A stretch of DNA of 64,000 nucleotides from Octopus vulgaris. Its lineage: Eukaryota. The translations under genes were made by a program, and so were the position numbers. The DNA is taken from assembly GCA_951406725.2 (NCBI GenBank), contig OX597815.1, positions 43,524,001 through 43,588,000 of the forward strand, given 5' to 3'. Each line of letters begins with the position of its first letter. Position 1 is the stretch's first letter. Below the pieces are notes generated by a model, which was not told the DNA's origin, made no database searches, and saw only the letters and a list, made by a program, of their open reading frames with translations. Below are positions 29,810-44,705 of this stretch, one piece after another.

Positions 29810-29810
29810 A

Positions 29811-30216
29811 GAGGCGGCGAGCTGGCAAAAACGTTAGCAATCCGGGCGAATTGCGTAGCCGTATTTCGTCTGCTTTTACGTTCTGAGTTCAAATTCCGCC
29901 GAGGTCGACTTTGCCTTTCATCCTTTCGGGGTCGATTAAATAAGTACCAGTTACGCACTGGAGTCGATGTGATCGACTTAATCTGTTTGTCTGTCCTTGT
30001 TTGTCCCCTCTGTGTTTAGCCCCTTGTGGGTAGTAATGAAAAATGAAACGTTAGCACGCCGAGCAAAACGCTTAGCGGTATTTCGTCTGTCTTTTACGTT
30101 CTAAGTTTAAACATCCTTTGGTGGTCAATAAATTAAGTACCAGTTGCGCACTGGGGTCGATCTAATCGACTGTTCTCTCCCTCAAAATGTCGACCTTGTG
30201 CCTAGAGTAGAAAAGA
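29811..30216 (+). mobile_element. SINE family A dimer (tail A then tail B)
   Basis: Full head-core-tail A unit followed by a second unit ending ...CTTGTGCCTAGAGTAGAAAAG. Confidence 0.85.
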
Positions 30217-30890
30217 GTAATTGTTTGTTTGTTTGTGTGTGTGTACATTAGTAGGCAATGTGAAAACATAAACATACCATTGAGAAAGTTAACATGCGTG
30301 AGGTATATATATATATACAGGTGTATATAACACGTACGTGTCGTATGTGTACACATACAGAAGACAAAATATACGGATCCACGCATCCAATGACAACAAA
30401 TATTGTACCCTTGCATATATATTCAAGTACAACGTTTCCTAGATAGACGGTTCTGCAAGTTCTCGTAGAACAACCGGCACAAAGGATTTGTTTATAGTGA
30501 TCAAATGTATATACTATACATCAACTCACTCCCTCCATTAAATCAAGATTGCTTGAAAAGAATCACGTTGTTCTTTAAATTAGTTATCGAGGTGATCGCA
30601 GAGAAAAAGTGAGATGAATTGTGTTGCTGAAGAAAACAACGCATCACCCGGTCAGGGAATTGATATCACAACCTCACGATCGTGAGTGCGATAGCTTAAC
30701 CACTAGGCCAGGCGCCCTCACATGCATATTATATGCATACATATACTACATATATATTTGATTGTGTATGTGTGCGTGTGTATATCTATTTTAACAACAT
30801 GAAAACAAACATTAATATACATACACATATATAGAGACAAAATTACTTGGATTTGGATGCGTGGCGTTCAATCAAATAATAATATAAATA

Positions 30891-30941
<51 letters not shown>

Positions 30942-31079
30942 GCAGATACTATAGTATTTTGCATTACAAGTTCTGCTTTTGCTAATGATAGTCGATTGCT
31001 TTCTGCAGATTAAGTTGCTTTTTTCCTTTTTTCCTTTATAAGTATCAGCACAATAACTAAATTGCCCTATCAATAGCTA

Positions 31080-31740
31080 CCAACAAAACAAATACTCTAG
31101 TTCGTCCACTCTTCCTACCTCACTTCTCACTGCCAACAATCTCACCATCCGAACACACTATACCTCAGTCTTTCCTAAATCCGCTAAACCAAGCAATTAC
31201 AACCGTCGTATCATTTCTGCTTATAACTACCGACAGAAATCATTTTCATGTCTCTAGATCTATTTCCCCTCATCCTTCTTTGCATCCGTTTTCTTCAAGT
31301 GTACGGCACCAACAATGTTCTCTGCCTCTTAAGTTTTACTTTTTCGTGTCTTTCCAGCTTCCTGTAACTCCCGGTTAATATCTTTTGATATTAAGTATCT
31401 TTATATCTCCTTTACTCAGTATCTCCTCTACTCACAACAACGTTCTCCTCGCCCTCAAATACTATGTGAATCACTGCATCTCTTCCAAGCCTAGTACATC
31501 TACTCGTCAAACTGCTTATCTATTTTGTGCAAGATCAGTCAACGTATCTCTGCCGTAGCAAATAGGATGGGTCCAAGCAACATGAACTTTTTAACTGGTC
31601 ATTTTGACGTACACATGTCAGTTTATCGGGGCCACTCCAGAAATAGTTCACTTCCGTCATCTGTATCATTTTTAACCATTTGCTAGACCATTCTGTTTCC
31701 ATCGATCAATGCAACCGCTGATATCACGACTTTTCATACA
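31080..31740 (+). pseudogene. Highly degenerate Penelope-like reverse transcriptase
   Basis: FPKSAKPSNYNRRIISAYN (cf. LPKIHKPNNPGRPIVSAC), FDIKYLY (cf. MDIKSLY) and RMGPSNMNFLTGHFD (cf. MGPSYANLFVGYVE) occur in the expected order. Confidence 0.6.
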
Positions 31741-31741
31741 C

Positions 31742-31975
31742 ACCTATTTCTTTATTACCCACAAGGGGCTAAACATAGAGGGGACAAACAAGGACAGACA
31801 TAGGTATTAAGTCGATTACATCGACCCCAGTGCGTAACTGGTACTTAATTTATCGACCCCGAAAGGATGATAGGTAAAGTCAACCTCGGCAGAATTTGAA
31901 CTCACAACGTAACGGCAGACGAAATACCGCTAAACATTTCGCCCGACGTGCTAACGTTTCTGCCAGCTCTCCGCC
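31742..31975 (-). mobile_element. SINE family A (tail A)
   Basis: Near-consensus copy abutting the Penelope RT remnant. Confidence 0.9.
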
Positions 31976-32548
31976 AAACGAGAGAAACAAATGACTTTTC
32001 ATGCACACCGCTTTACGCTTATATAAATCCGGTCTTTCACACTCCTGACAGACACACGCACACACATACGTGTACTCACACCTACATATGCACACACACA
32101 CATACAGTACATGCACAATCAATCTGCAAACACAAACACAGTTGTATACTGTGGTTTTCTGTGTGTATGTACGTGTATTTAGAGGGAAAATGAATACAAA
32201 GCCTTCCAGTGCACTTTAGCATTGTAAAACAAGTAAACAGAAATGTCATCAACTGAACGAAACAACGTTGATATTTCAATTCAACAAAACAACGTTGACG
32301 TATCGGCTTATCGAAAGCTTACATTTTGCTTTACGAAGTTCGCAACATTTAACTTTAAACGTAATGTAACTCACCTGATGTCAATAAAAGATACTTATAG
32401 TTTCTATAAAACTATTAAATTTACCACCTATGTAAATAAAGATACAAGATTGTATAAGAATACTGTAGTGAATATGATATCTGGATCTCATAAAGAATGG
32501 TTGATTTTGCACAAAGCTTTTTTGTCTTGGATATGTGTATAGATGCAG

Positions 32549-32693
<145 letters not shown>

Positions 32694-32694
32694 C

Positions 32695-32725
<31 letters not shown>

Positions 32726-32728
<3 letters not shown>

Positions 32729-34873
32729 CCTGAATGGTTAGCAAGTGGCATTACTTACCTACTCCCAAAGAATAACGAAACCAACCTTCCAAAAAACTAT
32801 CGGCCTATAACCTGTCTATCCACCGCGTATAAAATCCTAACATCTATCCTGGCGGAGAAAACATATGCATTCATGGAGAAGAACGATATTTTCCCCATTG
32901 AACAAAAAGGGTGCCGCCGAGGCTCTTACGGATGCAAAGATCAACTGCTAATCAATCGTATGATCCTTGAGAACTGTCACAACAAGCGCAGAAATCTCAG
33001 CACCGCATGGATTGACTATAAAAAGGCCTTCGACAGTATACCGCATCCATGGATCTTGAGATCGCTGGACATCTTTAAAATTTTCCCTGTGATTTCAAAC
33101 TTCCTGAAGCACAATATGTCGTTGTGGAATACGAATCTCCAATTATACCACTCTAATGGAGTACTTGCCTCAGAAAATATAAACATCAACTGTGGAATTT
33201 TTCAAGGTGACTCACTTTCACCTTTAATATTCTGCATAGCCCTAATACCCCTTACAAGTGAATTAAACAGAACAGGGTATGGGTATAAAATTGCCAATAA
33301 AAAAATAAGCCATCTATTTTATATGGATGACTTAAAACTTTATGGTAAAGACAATAATGAACTTGAAGGCCTATTGCGCACCGTGAAAGCATTCAGCGAT
33401 GACATCGGGATGGAGTTTGGACTTGAGAAGTGTGCCAAGGCCACTTTCCAGAAAGGGAAAGTGAAGACCACAAATTCAGTCGTGTTAGATGTTGACACAG
33501 TCATAAGAGAGCTTGAGCAAGAACAGACATACAAATATTTAGGGATAAATGAAGGCTCTGGTATTCAGCATGCAAGCATGAAAGAGAAAATCAGGAAGGA
33601 ATGTTATAGGAGAGTTCGTGCAGTCCTGAAATCTGAACTAAATGCACGTAACAAGGTGTTAGCTATAAATTCCTTAGCAGTTCCAGTTGTTACTTATAGC
33701 TACAATGTGTTGAACTGGAATATGAGTGAAGTAAAGAATATAGATAGAAAAATACGCAAGCTGCTGAGTTGTAATAGGATGCACCACCCAAAGGCAGACG
33801 TAGATCGCCTTTACCTTCCCAGAGCCCAAGGAGGTCGAGGCCTGATCCAATTTGAACTAGCTTACAAAACAACCACAATTGGACTGGCCAAATATCTCGA
33901 AATATCGAATGACTGGATGCTAAAGCTCGTGGAAAATCACGAGAGACGAAAGAAGCTTCATTCTATCATCAAGGAAAGCAAAAAATTTGCTATTGATCTC
34001 GTGCAGGATACCCAAACTGAACAACCCGAGGGAAGTACGGCAACTATTGTTGCAAAGAAGGTGAAAATGATGGCAATGGAAAAAGCGCACGAGCAATTGG
34101 CTGATAGGTGGGAGGAGAAACCTCTGCACGGCAAATATGTGACCGGCAGCAAACAAGCTGATGTTGACCAGAAGCAAACCCATCAGTGGCTGCGGAGCTC
34201 AGGGCTAAAAGCAGAGAGCGAAGGTTTCATCCTGGCTGCTCAAGACCAAAGCCTATTAACCCGGAACTACCAGGCCAATGTGATGAAAAATGGAGCAGAC
34301 CCAAAATGCCGATTCTGCAACGACATGATTGAAACAGTGGACCACCTAATCTCTGGATGTAAAGTCTTAGCACCAGTGGAGTATAAATTAAGACATGACA
34401 GAGTTGGCCAATATCTCCACTGGCTAATAAGTCGGCATTACAATATCAAAACTGCCGACAAGTGGTATAATCACCACCCTGAGGCTGTAACTGAAGGAGA
34501 AAATGTAACCATTCTGTGGGACTTTCCAGTACATACAGACCGAACCATCAAGGCCAATAAACCAGATATTGTTGTGAAAGACCAAAACAATAAAGTTTGC
34601 TTATTGATCGACATGAGCATCCCCTGTGATCATAATATCTCAGCGAAAGAGTTTGACAAGCTCAGAAAATATAAAGACCTACTCATTGAAATTGAGAAAA
34701 TGTGGCATCTCAAGGCGGTTACAATACCAGTGATCGTAGGAGCACTAGGAATGATCAAGAAGGGAACCGAAAATTATATGAGAATGATCCCTGGCTTACC
34801 ATCCCTGCAAGAAGTGCAAAAGATTGTCTTAACTGGTACATCACACGTATTGAGAAGAGCATTGTCGATGTGA
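32726..34873 (+). CDS. Reverse transcriptase - CCHC zinc knuckle - restriction-like endonuclease (N-terminally truncated, 715 codons)
   Basis: NYRPITCL, QKGCRRG, IDYKKAFDS, GIFQGDSLSP, FYMDD (33317-33331), KYLG; CRFC-x8-H-x4-C; RHD, KPDIVV, LIDMSIP, KLRKY. No stops or frameshifts. Confidence 0.92.
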
Positions 34874-35050
34874 GAACTGTTGCTGCTCATGTATTTTAAT
34901 TTAACTTTAACAAAAAAAAAAAAAAAAAATGAACGAACTACTGAGTTTGGTTTAATGGCCTACCAATATACACTATGAGTTTCTTTGCCCTAGGAGTCGG
35001 AAAGACACTCGGCAAGAAATGGAAGAAAATTTGAAAGAAGAAAAAAAAAA

Positions 35051-35051
<1 letters not shown>
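32726..35051 (+). mobile_element. 5'-truncated RLE-type non-LTR retrotransposon (Dong/R4-like) inserted in (TAA)n
   Basis: Flanked by (TAA)n at 32549-32725 and 35052-35113. ORF plus ~180-nt 3' UTR with an A-rich end. Confidence 0.9.
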
Positions 35052-35112
<61 letters not shown>

Positions 35113-35116
<4 letters not shown>

Positions 35117-35329
35117 TATTCAGACAAATACATAACAAAAACACCAGGACTTACAAACACATATAACATACAAAAAATTGCACTACTAGGCACTGCACAC
35201 ATCCTACGCAGAACATTTTCCATACAATAACCATCAGAGCATCACAACAAATCACAGCGCATACCCAAGGCACACAGAGCTGCGCTCGGTAGTGAAGTGA
35301 AAGCACGCTATAAAAATAAAACTACTGAA
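35113..35329 (+). mobile_element. 3' fragment of a second, divergent RLE LINE family between (TAA)n tracts
   Basis: KYSDKYITKTPGLTNTYNIQKIALLGTAHILRRTFSIQ* aligns with the neighbouring C-terminus KGTENYMRMIPGLPSLQEVQKIVLTGTSHVLRRALSM*. The 3' UTR is different. Confidence 0.8.
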
Positions 35330-35364
35330 TAATAATAATAATAATAATAATAATGATGATGATG

Positions 35365-35464
<100 letters not shown>

Positions 35465-35520
35465 TGATGATGATGACGATGATAACAACAACAACAGCAA
35501 CAACAACAACAACAACAACA

Positions 35521-35716
35521 ATCCTTTCTATTATAGACACAAGGCCTGAAATTTGGTCTAGTCGACTACAGCGATTCCAGTGTTTCACTGGTACTCAATT
35601 TACCAATCCCGAAAGGCTTCGACCGTGGCGAAATTTGAACTCAGAACGCAGCGATAGACGAAATACCGCTAAGCATTTCGTCTGGCGTGCTAACGATTTT
35701 GCCAGCTCGCTCCCTT
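35521..35716 (-). mobile_element. SINE family A (tail B) within the TAA/CAA array
   Basis: Head, partly deleted core and tail B recognisable. Confidence 0.75.
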
Positions 35717-35717
35717 A

Positions 35718-36393
<676 letters not shown>

Positions 36394-37213
36394 AATAATA
36401 ATAATAATAATAATGATAATAATAATAATAGTAAATATATGTATTTCAAAAAGTAACAGATGGCACACGTGTCTGAGCAAACGATTGAATGTTTTTAACT
36501 CTGCTGTGGTACGTGGCCAAGGGGCATTAATGTCGGAGGGCGGGGATAAATTTCAGGACCGTGCAACGCATTGCGTCCTTAACAAGGCACTTCGTTTTAC
36601 GTTGCTACAGTCTACTCAACTGAAAAGGAGTACTGCCTGAATGTTGGTCCTACCCTCGTCCCCTCCAGCAGTCATATCGTGGATGTGCTACTGGATTAAA
36701 GAGTCGGAGAGACGAGGCTGTCTATATTTTCTCGAGACTATATAGGCAAGTAACGAGAGGTTTGCTACCAAGCTCTACTCATTCATGGTGATGGCTGGCT
36801 AAAAATACAAAGGGAAAACACCGTTGCTGTCGTTTCGTTTACTGTGGTGTGTTCAAGCACAAAATACTTTCTTTTAATATCTCTCTAGATGTAGACTGGC
36901 AGAATCGTTAGCATGCTAGGTAAAATGCTTTGCGGCTTTTCGTCTGTTTGCATGTTCGGAGTTCAAATTCTGTCGAGGTCCATTTTGTCACTCTTCCTTT
37001 CAGAGTCGATAAAATGAGTACCAGTTGAATATTGGAGTCGATGTAATCGACTAGTCCCCTTCCCTAGATTTACTGGTTTTGTGCCAAAACTTGAAATCAA
37101 GAGGTAAACAAATGCTTTAGGATATGTACAGATGATGGGTTAAGTATTATAACCACTTCATCAATTTATCTATTTATATATTTATTTTGATAATTTATAC
37201 TGGTTAGATGAAA

Positions 37214-37310
37214 TATTGGGTTGTCCGGAAAGTTCGCGCCGATTTTTAAAGGAAAGAAAAAGGTCAATAAATACTTGCCATTACATTTTTAATCAACCAA
37301 ATATGAACCA
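37214..37310 (-). mobile_element. mariner-like terminus
   Basis: TA-TTGGGTTGTCCGGAAAGTTCG TIR-like end. Minus strand ends GSYLVD*. Confidence 0.45.
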
Positions 37311-38177
37311 AAGTCAATATCGGCGGCATTTGAACGCAGAACGTAAAGCATTTTCCCCGGCGCGGTAAGATTCTACCAGCTCGTCGCCTTAACAGACTGT
37401 AAAATATTACATATACTTTATTTACAAGTGATCAAAGCAGCGACCTAACTAAATCGTTAGCATACCCGGTAAAATGCTAAGCAGTATTTTATCCGCCTTT
37501 AGAGATCTAACTTCGAATTCCGCCGAGGTCGACTTTGCCTTTCGGGTTCATTAAAATAAGTATAGGTTAAGCACTGGAGTCGATGTAATCGATTTACCCT
37601 CTCCACCGAAATTACTGTCCATGTGCTAGAACTTTGAAGCAAATCTTATATGTGACCACTCAAACTGTTGTTTCGTGGCCTTTATTTTTAGCTGTTGAGC
37701 ATAAATTCAATGTTTTGTTGGATTGTACTATTTCCGTACGAATGCGTTCAACTTCTTTATGTGCCTAATACATGAAAGCAAACTTTGACTATTGAACCCA
37801 AGAATAACTGAAAAAAAAAAAATGCATATAAAATTAACTCTTTATATTCTAACATAACTGATAGAAATCAATAAAATAATTATTATCCAGAAAAAATTTT
37901 TTTCCCATTTAGTTTCGACAAGAAATTCCCACGGAAATCATCTACAAAATTTACGCTTCAGTTTGGTTAGCGCTATACGGAAGTATCTGATCAAATGTGT
38001 GAGAAAAAATTATTACGAGGTGCTATAGATGATACAAAGATTTTAAAATAACCTTTTTAACAAACAGGACGAATTTTTCGTGAGTGAAAGCAGTTTCTAT
38101 TTAAATAGTAATTGTCCGAAAATGTACCACTGGGCAACAATGGTCTGCACATAATTACTATTTAACTGAATGCGAAT

Positions 38178-38218
<41 letters not shown>

Positions 38219-38224
38219 ATAATA

Positions 38225-38255
<31 letters not shown>

Positions 38256-38262
38256 TATAATA

Positions 38263-39000
38263 ATTTCTTTATTGGCCACAAGGTCCGAACATAAAACAGA
38301 CAGTACAAAACTAGGAACACGTGGTGTTTAACACAAAAGTCGAGTAAACAATAAAATATAACCATGACAACAATACAATTAAACAATAAAATTCATTAAA
38401 AGTGGATATTTCCTCACAGGGTTATCCGAGGAGCCCCACATATTTTGGTTGCCCTGATCGTCAGGTGCACCTCAGCAGGTGTTTCTCTCCTTCTCAATTA
38501 CCGTGTTTACAAACGAAAGTTCAGCGTAGGCCCATTCACATGGGCCATCCTCGCCACATTCACCCACCTTTCAATGAAGATATTGGAGGCCAGAACATCC
38601 CTCTCCACCCCCACTTTTCTTCTCAAGTGGAACTTCAAAACGTAGATGTGGGTTTGGCCGAAGAGGAGAGTATCTGTCTTCAGTCCTTTCAATCACGTCA
38701 ACCACACTACCTCTTCGCCATAGCCACCAGACGGAGAAAATCTACCTTTCCTTACCGGTCAAAGGAAAGCGGCGGGGCGATCCTCAAGATGGACTCGGCT
38801 GATAACGAGATAACCGGATCCGTCCTACACGCATCAACAGCTGTTCGACAAAGATCAAAAAGTCAGCGCACACACCACGGACAGGTCCGTCTGACAGCAC
38901 TTCCGTGTCTGTAGAGCTTGTCTTGAACCGGCAGAGCTCCCCGGTAGCTTTGTCAGGCCAGGGATTTCTGGAAGTTATACTTAAGCCCTGGCCCGAAACT
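38263..39000 (-). pseudogene. Degenerate L1/Tx1-like ORF2 3' end and 3' UTR
   Basis: FQKSLA*QSYRGALPVQDKLYRHG...CPWC (zf-RVT-like). Ends CTTGTGGCCAATAAAGAA followed by (TAT)n. Confidence 0.75.
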
Positions 39001-39114
39001 CATTTCTATTACAGGTACAAGGCCTGGAATTTACATGCTAATGATTCGGCCAGCTCGCGACCTTAACAACAATAACAACAACAACAACAACAACAACAAT
39101 AATAATTAAAATAA

Positions 39115-39208
39115 GAATTGTGTATATTTTAATGGTCTACCAATATTTCTCTGCCCAAGGTGTCAAGAAGACGCACAGCAAGAAATGGATACAAAATTGA
39201 AAGAAGAC
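39115..39208 (+). mobile_element. 3'-UTR-only fragment of the Dong/R4-like family
   Basis: TTTAATGGTCTACCAATA...GCAAGAAATGGA...TTGAAAGAAGA matches 34950-35042 and is followed by (TAA)n. Confidence 0.7.
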
Positions 39209-39285
<77 letters not shown>

Positions 39286-39287
39286 TA

Positions 39288-39811
39288 ATGCCCTGATGCA
39301 GTACCAGAAACTGGCTCTCATGGCTTTTGATCTTGGAAGTGTTATCATGTTTTGTCTTGGTATAAAGGATGGGCTACAGCAAATATTCTGCTCAATACCA
39401 CAAATTTGCTTGTCAGTTGCTTGACTTTAATCTTAGTGACTGATAATATGTGCATCTTTGATCACGAGCAGAAGTAGTGGGGGAGCATCATTGCCATGTG
39501 TTGAAAGGAATTCTTCGGAGTATGAATAATTCACCTCTAGGAATAGGAGTTTTGTTCACCATCCTTAAACAAACCTTATTCAGGCCCTTTTGAGCGGGAT
39601 GGGCTACTGAACATGAAAAATTTCTAACTAGGCCTCCACCTGCAAGCTCATGCACTGTATATCTTGATATGAAATTACAATGTCGCGCACATAGGGTTGT
39701 GATGCATGTGCATGGTGTACCCTTATCAGAAAAGTAGTGATGGTGGGTATACTGGGCTTCGTATATTTATATCCCAGTGTCACTTTGATGGCATGCGCTG
39801 ATCTCTCATTC
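39288..39811 (+). mobile_element. ~550-bp TAA-flanked element, copy 2
   Basis: Collinear with 35846-36393, with (TAA)n on both sides. Confidence 0.85.
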
Positions 39812-39879
<68 letters not shown>

Positions 39880-39880
<1 letters not shown>

Positions 39881-40545
39881 TTCATTCATTTTCCACAAGG
39901 GCGAAGGTTGAGGGAGACAATATAAAGACAGACATATAATGAAATAGGGAAAAAAGGGTAAGTATACACAGTAAACACTGAAGAAGAAGGGTCATATTCA
40001 TAGCATACAAATGTTTAAAAAATGTGGTGGGGAGTCTGATAGAGACGTGGCCCTCTTGATAAAGGAAGGCCTCTAAGGATAATCGAGGAACCCCACTGTC
40101 TGGGATTTCCCTGAAACCCAAAGAACAAGTGCCCTCCAATTCCTTCTGTCTGACTCACGGGTTATCCACCCTTGCGATTTTCGCAACTTTCACCTCCCTT
40201 TCAATAAACTCACTCGAGAACAGCACTCCTTTCTCCACTCTCAATTTCCTTTTCATGGGAAACGTGAAGAAGTCAATGAGAGGAATGTCTCTGTCCTTAT
40301 GCCTTTCAGCCTTGTCCACCAAGCAACCTCTTTCGCCACAGCCATCAGGCAAAGGAAAATGCTTTGCCTGACCGATTGAAGGTGGGGGCAGCGGGGCGAC
40401 AGACGAAGCCGCCCCACACGTGATAGCAGTCGTTCGACATAACCCCACAAGTCAGTAATGCCCGGACACTAAACGAGGGCGTGCAGATCGGTTTCGTCAC
40501 TCTGCGCGCATCTCGGACAAAAACCGTTCTGCACGCCGGTAATCG
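39880..40545 (-). pseudogene. Second degenerate L1/Tx1-like ORF2 3' end
   Basis: CPRCAQSDETDLHALV*CPGITDLWGYVERLL (CCHC). KRKLRVEKGVL...IERE aligns with RRKVGVERDVL...IERW of the 38.5-kb copy. Confidence 0.75.
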
Positions 40546-40691
40546 TTCAGCATCAACAACTATAATGTGAGGTTTGCTCATAAATATATTGAGCTAATTT
40601 TAAAGAAAATTATAGGAAATTACTGTCAAACAGAATACATACAGATAAGAGCCATACAAACACGAGCAGCTATATGCATATATAAGCATGT

Positions 40692-41071
40692 CATGACACT
40701 TCGTCGGTTACGACGAATAGGGTTCCAGTTGATCCGATCAACGGAACAGCCTGCTCGTGAAATTAACGTGCAAGTGACTGAGCACACTACAGACACGTGT
40801 ACCCTTAACGTAGTTCTCTGGGAGATTCAGTGTGACACAGAGTGTGGCAAGGCTGGCCTTTTGAAATATAGGTACAACAGAAACAGGAAGAAAGAGTAAG
40901 TGAAAGTTGTGGTGAAAGAGTACAGCAGGATTCACCACCCCACTGCCGGAGTCTCATGGAACTTTAGGTGTTTTCACTCAATATACACTTACAACGCCCG
41001 GTCTGCGAATCGGAACTGCGATCCTATGACTGCGAGTCCGCTGTCCTAACCACTGGGCCATTGCGCTTCCG
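40692..41071 (-). mobile_element. SINE family B (tail 1)
   Basis: Reverse copy of 9258-9643. TSD ATAAGCATGT at 40682-40691 and 41072-41081. Confidence 0.9.
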
Positions 41072-42899
41072 ATAAGCATGTATACGTATATTGGTTTAAA
41101 AGAGCGTTTAGAAAGTTTCGTATAGAAAGTTTCAAGATGGCCACGTAAAGACACACATGCACATACTCACACACTCTTATAGTACTCTTCTCATAAATAC
41201 TTTCCCAGATGACTATATCTTTAAATGCATGCTGACTAGTCTTATGATATATCATTCATGAGGCAACCGAGCTATCTCTATTCAACTTCACCCATCCATG
41301 TATCTTGCCTTCACTGATTACACTGATAATGACTCACGACAATATTTCATGTGAAAACACAATTATCTCTGTATCTCAGCATTGATTGCTTCAATTCCTA
41401 TCACTATTGCATAAAAGAATAAATGAGTCGGTGATAATTAAAGATTTGTTTCGTATAAATGGTATAGTTTCACTTGTACGAAAACTTGAACAATGTTTTA
41501 TAGACATTCGTTTCAAATTTCGGCAAAAGGCCAGCAAGCTTTGATGGGGGTGTAAGTCGATTACATCGACTCCAGTGCTCAGCTGGTACTTATTTTACGG
41601 TCCCAGAAAGGATAAAAGGCAAAGTGAACTTCAGCGGAATTTGAACTCAGATCGTAAAGACAAGACAAAATGACACAAAGCATTTTCTCGGTATGCTAAC
41701 GACTCTACCAGCTCGCCGATTTCACGTTCTATATATATTAGGATAGGCATACACAGGAAAATATACACAGAAAGAAATATCCGTATATACATACAGAATA
41801 TATTGAGTATATTCTATAGCTGTGTAAGGTATGACGCTTATGAACAGCATCTTCCTAAATTTATCAAAATACTGCTTTCATGCATGAAATGCTAAAACAA
41901 GATACAGAACTACCTTGGGAAAAATCTAAAAAGATATATTTCTTATTTGCGTATCGTCGCTTGTTCCGAGAAAAGAAATAATGGTAGAATATATACATCA
42001 ATATTTCCACTAAATGTAACACAGTCGATCTGATGCAGTTGCTTGGGTTAGAAGATATATATTATGGAATTTTTGGAAGTCAGCTATAAAGCGAAGGAAT
42101 ACATTTCCTTCAGAATTCTGGAGCAGAGGAATATCTGTTCAGAACTGTTTCCAAACTTACAACTTTTTAAGTTTGCCTTTGTACCTGTAATTATTAGGCA
42201 CTTTGCGTTAGTTTCTGAAGCTGGAATTTTTGTGCTAAGAATTAGAAATCTAACTCGTAATCTGAAAAATTTTTCTGTAAGTTGAACTATGAAAATCTTT
42301 CTAGAATTACAAGCTCTTTCTAAAATATGTAACTTTTTACTGCTGTTGTTATTATCTAAATTCCAGGAATGAACCTTTACTTCTTAGTTAGTTCTTTATA
42401 AGACGATTTCGAGAAGAGAAAAATTGAGACAGACATGCATGGCATCGACAAATCTGTATTTCAAGCATAAGGTATTATATATCATTGTAAATGATTATTT
42501 CCCCCTAAATTTGGTTCTTCTTATAAGCCTGTTAAAGCCATTAGCCATATTTTTGAATAATGGGTATAATATCCGTCAGCGAGACTAGGATTTCCGATAT
42601 ACGTTCTATGGCGTCCATTTCCGGTGGCTTGCAGATCTTTGTACTTCTGTTTCGACTTGGAATAGTAAGCGGATGAGCAGTGTTGTTTCGGAGGTTTTGG
42701 ATGGGGACCAGTAGCGAAGAGGATAACTTCGAAGTTAAAGCTGCCTGCGCCTTCACAAGAAAGGGAAATAAAATTTCTTAAGGTACCTTGGAGATTTCCT
42801 TGAAATGTCTCGCTCTTTTGTGATAGCGGGCGATTGGAACGCGCCATTTCCGGTACGCCAAGCTGTGAAAGACCAGGTCAGAAGACTAGGTGCATAGAA

Positions 42900-43905
42900 G
42901 CCGGCCATGGGAATCATCAACTATTTATGGTGGCTAATCTTAAAAACTGCTATTAGATAAGAACGTAGTTAGAAATTAGAAAGGAAATAGTGATAGATAA
43001 TTCTACATTGAAGGGTCATGAATCTAGAAGGAATAGAAAGGCATTGCGACTGAAGTGCTGGCGGCGAGATTGGTTCTTGACTTATCGTCAGAGCTGGGTG
43101 GTTTGCCTTACTCGATATCTGCCAGATTCATATGCCAGATTTGTTTGGGCGCCTCTGGGCAGCTGTTTACTGTAACTGGCAACAGAGCGGGTGGGATTTT
43201 AGTCTTGCTAAACGAGGTATGGTTGTACTACTGAGGAGGGATCCGACAACGTCAAGCTCGTAACTATGTTAAATGTGCAATTGAAGATTTTAGCCAAGGA
43301 TTTAGGCAAAAGGTCGGCGCTTGTCAGTATTCTGGTAGGTGAGGCACTGACCTACACTATCGTTAACAGATCTATTCACGGCAGAAACTCTACCTAACGT
43401 GGTACATCATAAAAAGCGTGGATAAAGAACCTGGCATGAGCGGGCCTCTAACTAATTTAGAAAGTTTTCAGTAGGGTTGACCATCAATACATGGCGGCTG
43501 TTTCCAGGGTGGCTGGTTACGGTTCTGTCCCTATAAACCGTTTCTGCTCGGTGGTCCGAATAAATAGCCATTCAATTTGTCAAAGGTGCTTCCTCTTGTC
43601 CCTTCTGCATGTATTGGCAGTCGAGCTGCTAATGCGTATATAAAAGGTTTCGAGCGCATCCTTTGTAACCTAGGATATTGAAGAGCTGTGTCAGCATATA
43701 CGGATAACGTTATTAGGATTGTGTTGTGCTCTAGACACATCGAGGTAATCGGAAGTGCTTTGGTAGAGTACATAGCAGTGATGGTAGCAAAAATTAACCA
43801 GGAAAATGCTATTTCTTTTACTCATAAATCCCTCCTTCCATGTTTGTACCCTGTCCTTTTGTACTATCTTTGTTTACCATGAGCTTTTGTGGTTAATAAA
43901 GAACT
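42900..43905 (+). pseudogene. Degenerate, internally deleted L1/Tx1-like RT plus 3' tail
   Basis: PDLFG...RGMVVLLRRD, VTMLNVQLKILAK, RVDHQY, LSLLHVLAVELL and SAYTDNV (YADD). Ends TTGTGGTTAATAAAGAA. Confidence 0.75.
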
Positions 43906-44115
43906 CATCCTTATTGTTGTTGTTGATGTTACTGATGATCCTTCAATATACATTGACCGCGTGGGCATTTTCTCACAACGATAGTAATCAGCTTGTATTT
44001 TAGTTTTAAAACAATAAATTCCCGTGTTACTACCCTCTAAAGGAAATTATATGGGTGTGTATCTGTGTACAGGTATGCATATATGTATTTGTATATGAAC
44101 ACCCACCCACAAACT

Positions 44116-44171
<56 letters not shown>

Positions 44172-44311
44172 CACATATATTGCCATGAGAAATTTTTCGA
44201 AACAAAAGCACTTCCGGTAAGGAAGCGGCTACAATAATTCTAAACAACTTCTCTGCTAAATTCATAAAAAAAATATATTAGCAATATACAACCATTGAAA
44301 AAAAAATGAAT

Positions 44312-44436
44312 AGGCGCAGGAGTGGCTGTGTGGTAAGTAGCTTGCTAATCAACCACATGGTTCCGTGGCATCTTGGGCAAGTGTCTTCTGCTATAGCCCC
44401 GGGCCGACCAATGCCTTGTGAGTGGATTTAGTAGAC

Positions 44437-44478
<42 letters not shown>

Positions 44479-44705
44479 ATGTGTGTGTATGTGTTTGTGT
44501 GTCTGTGTTTGTCCCCCTAGCATTGCTTGACAACCGATGCTGGTGTGTTTACGTCCCCGTCACTTAGCGGTTCGGAAAAAGAGGCCGATAGAATAAGTAC
44601 TGGGCTTACAAAGAATAAGTCCCGGGGTCGATATGCTCGACTAAAGGCGGTGCTCCAGCATGGCCGCAGTCAAATGGCTGAAACAAGTAAAAGAGTAAAA
44701 GAGTA
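44312..44705 (+). mobile_element. SINE family C
   Basis: Starts GGCGCAGGAGTGGCTGTGTGGTAAG, has internal (TA)n/(TG)n and ends (GAGTAAAA)2. Confidence 0.9.
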
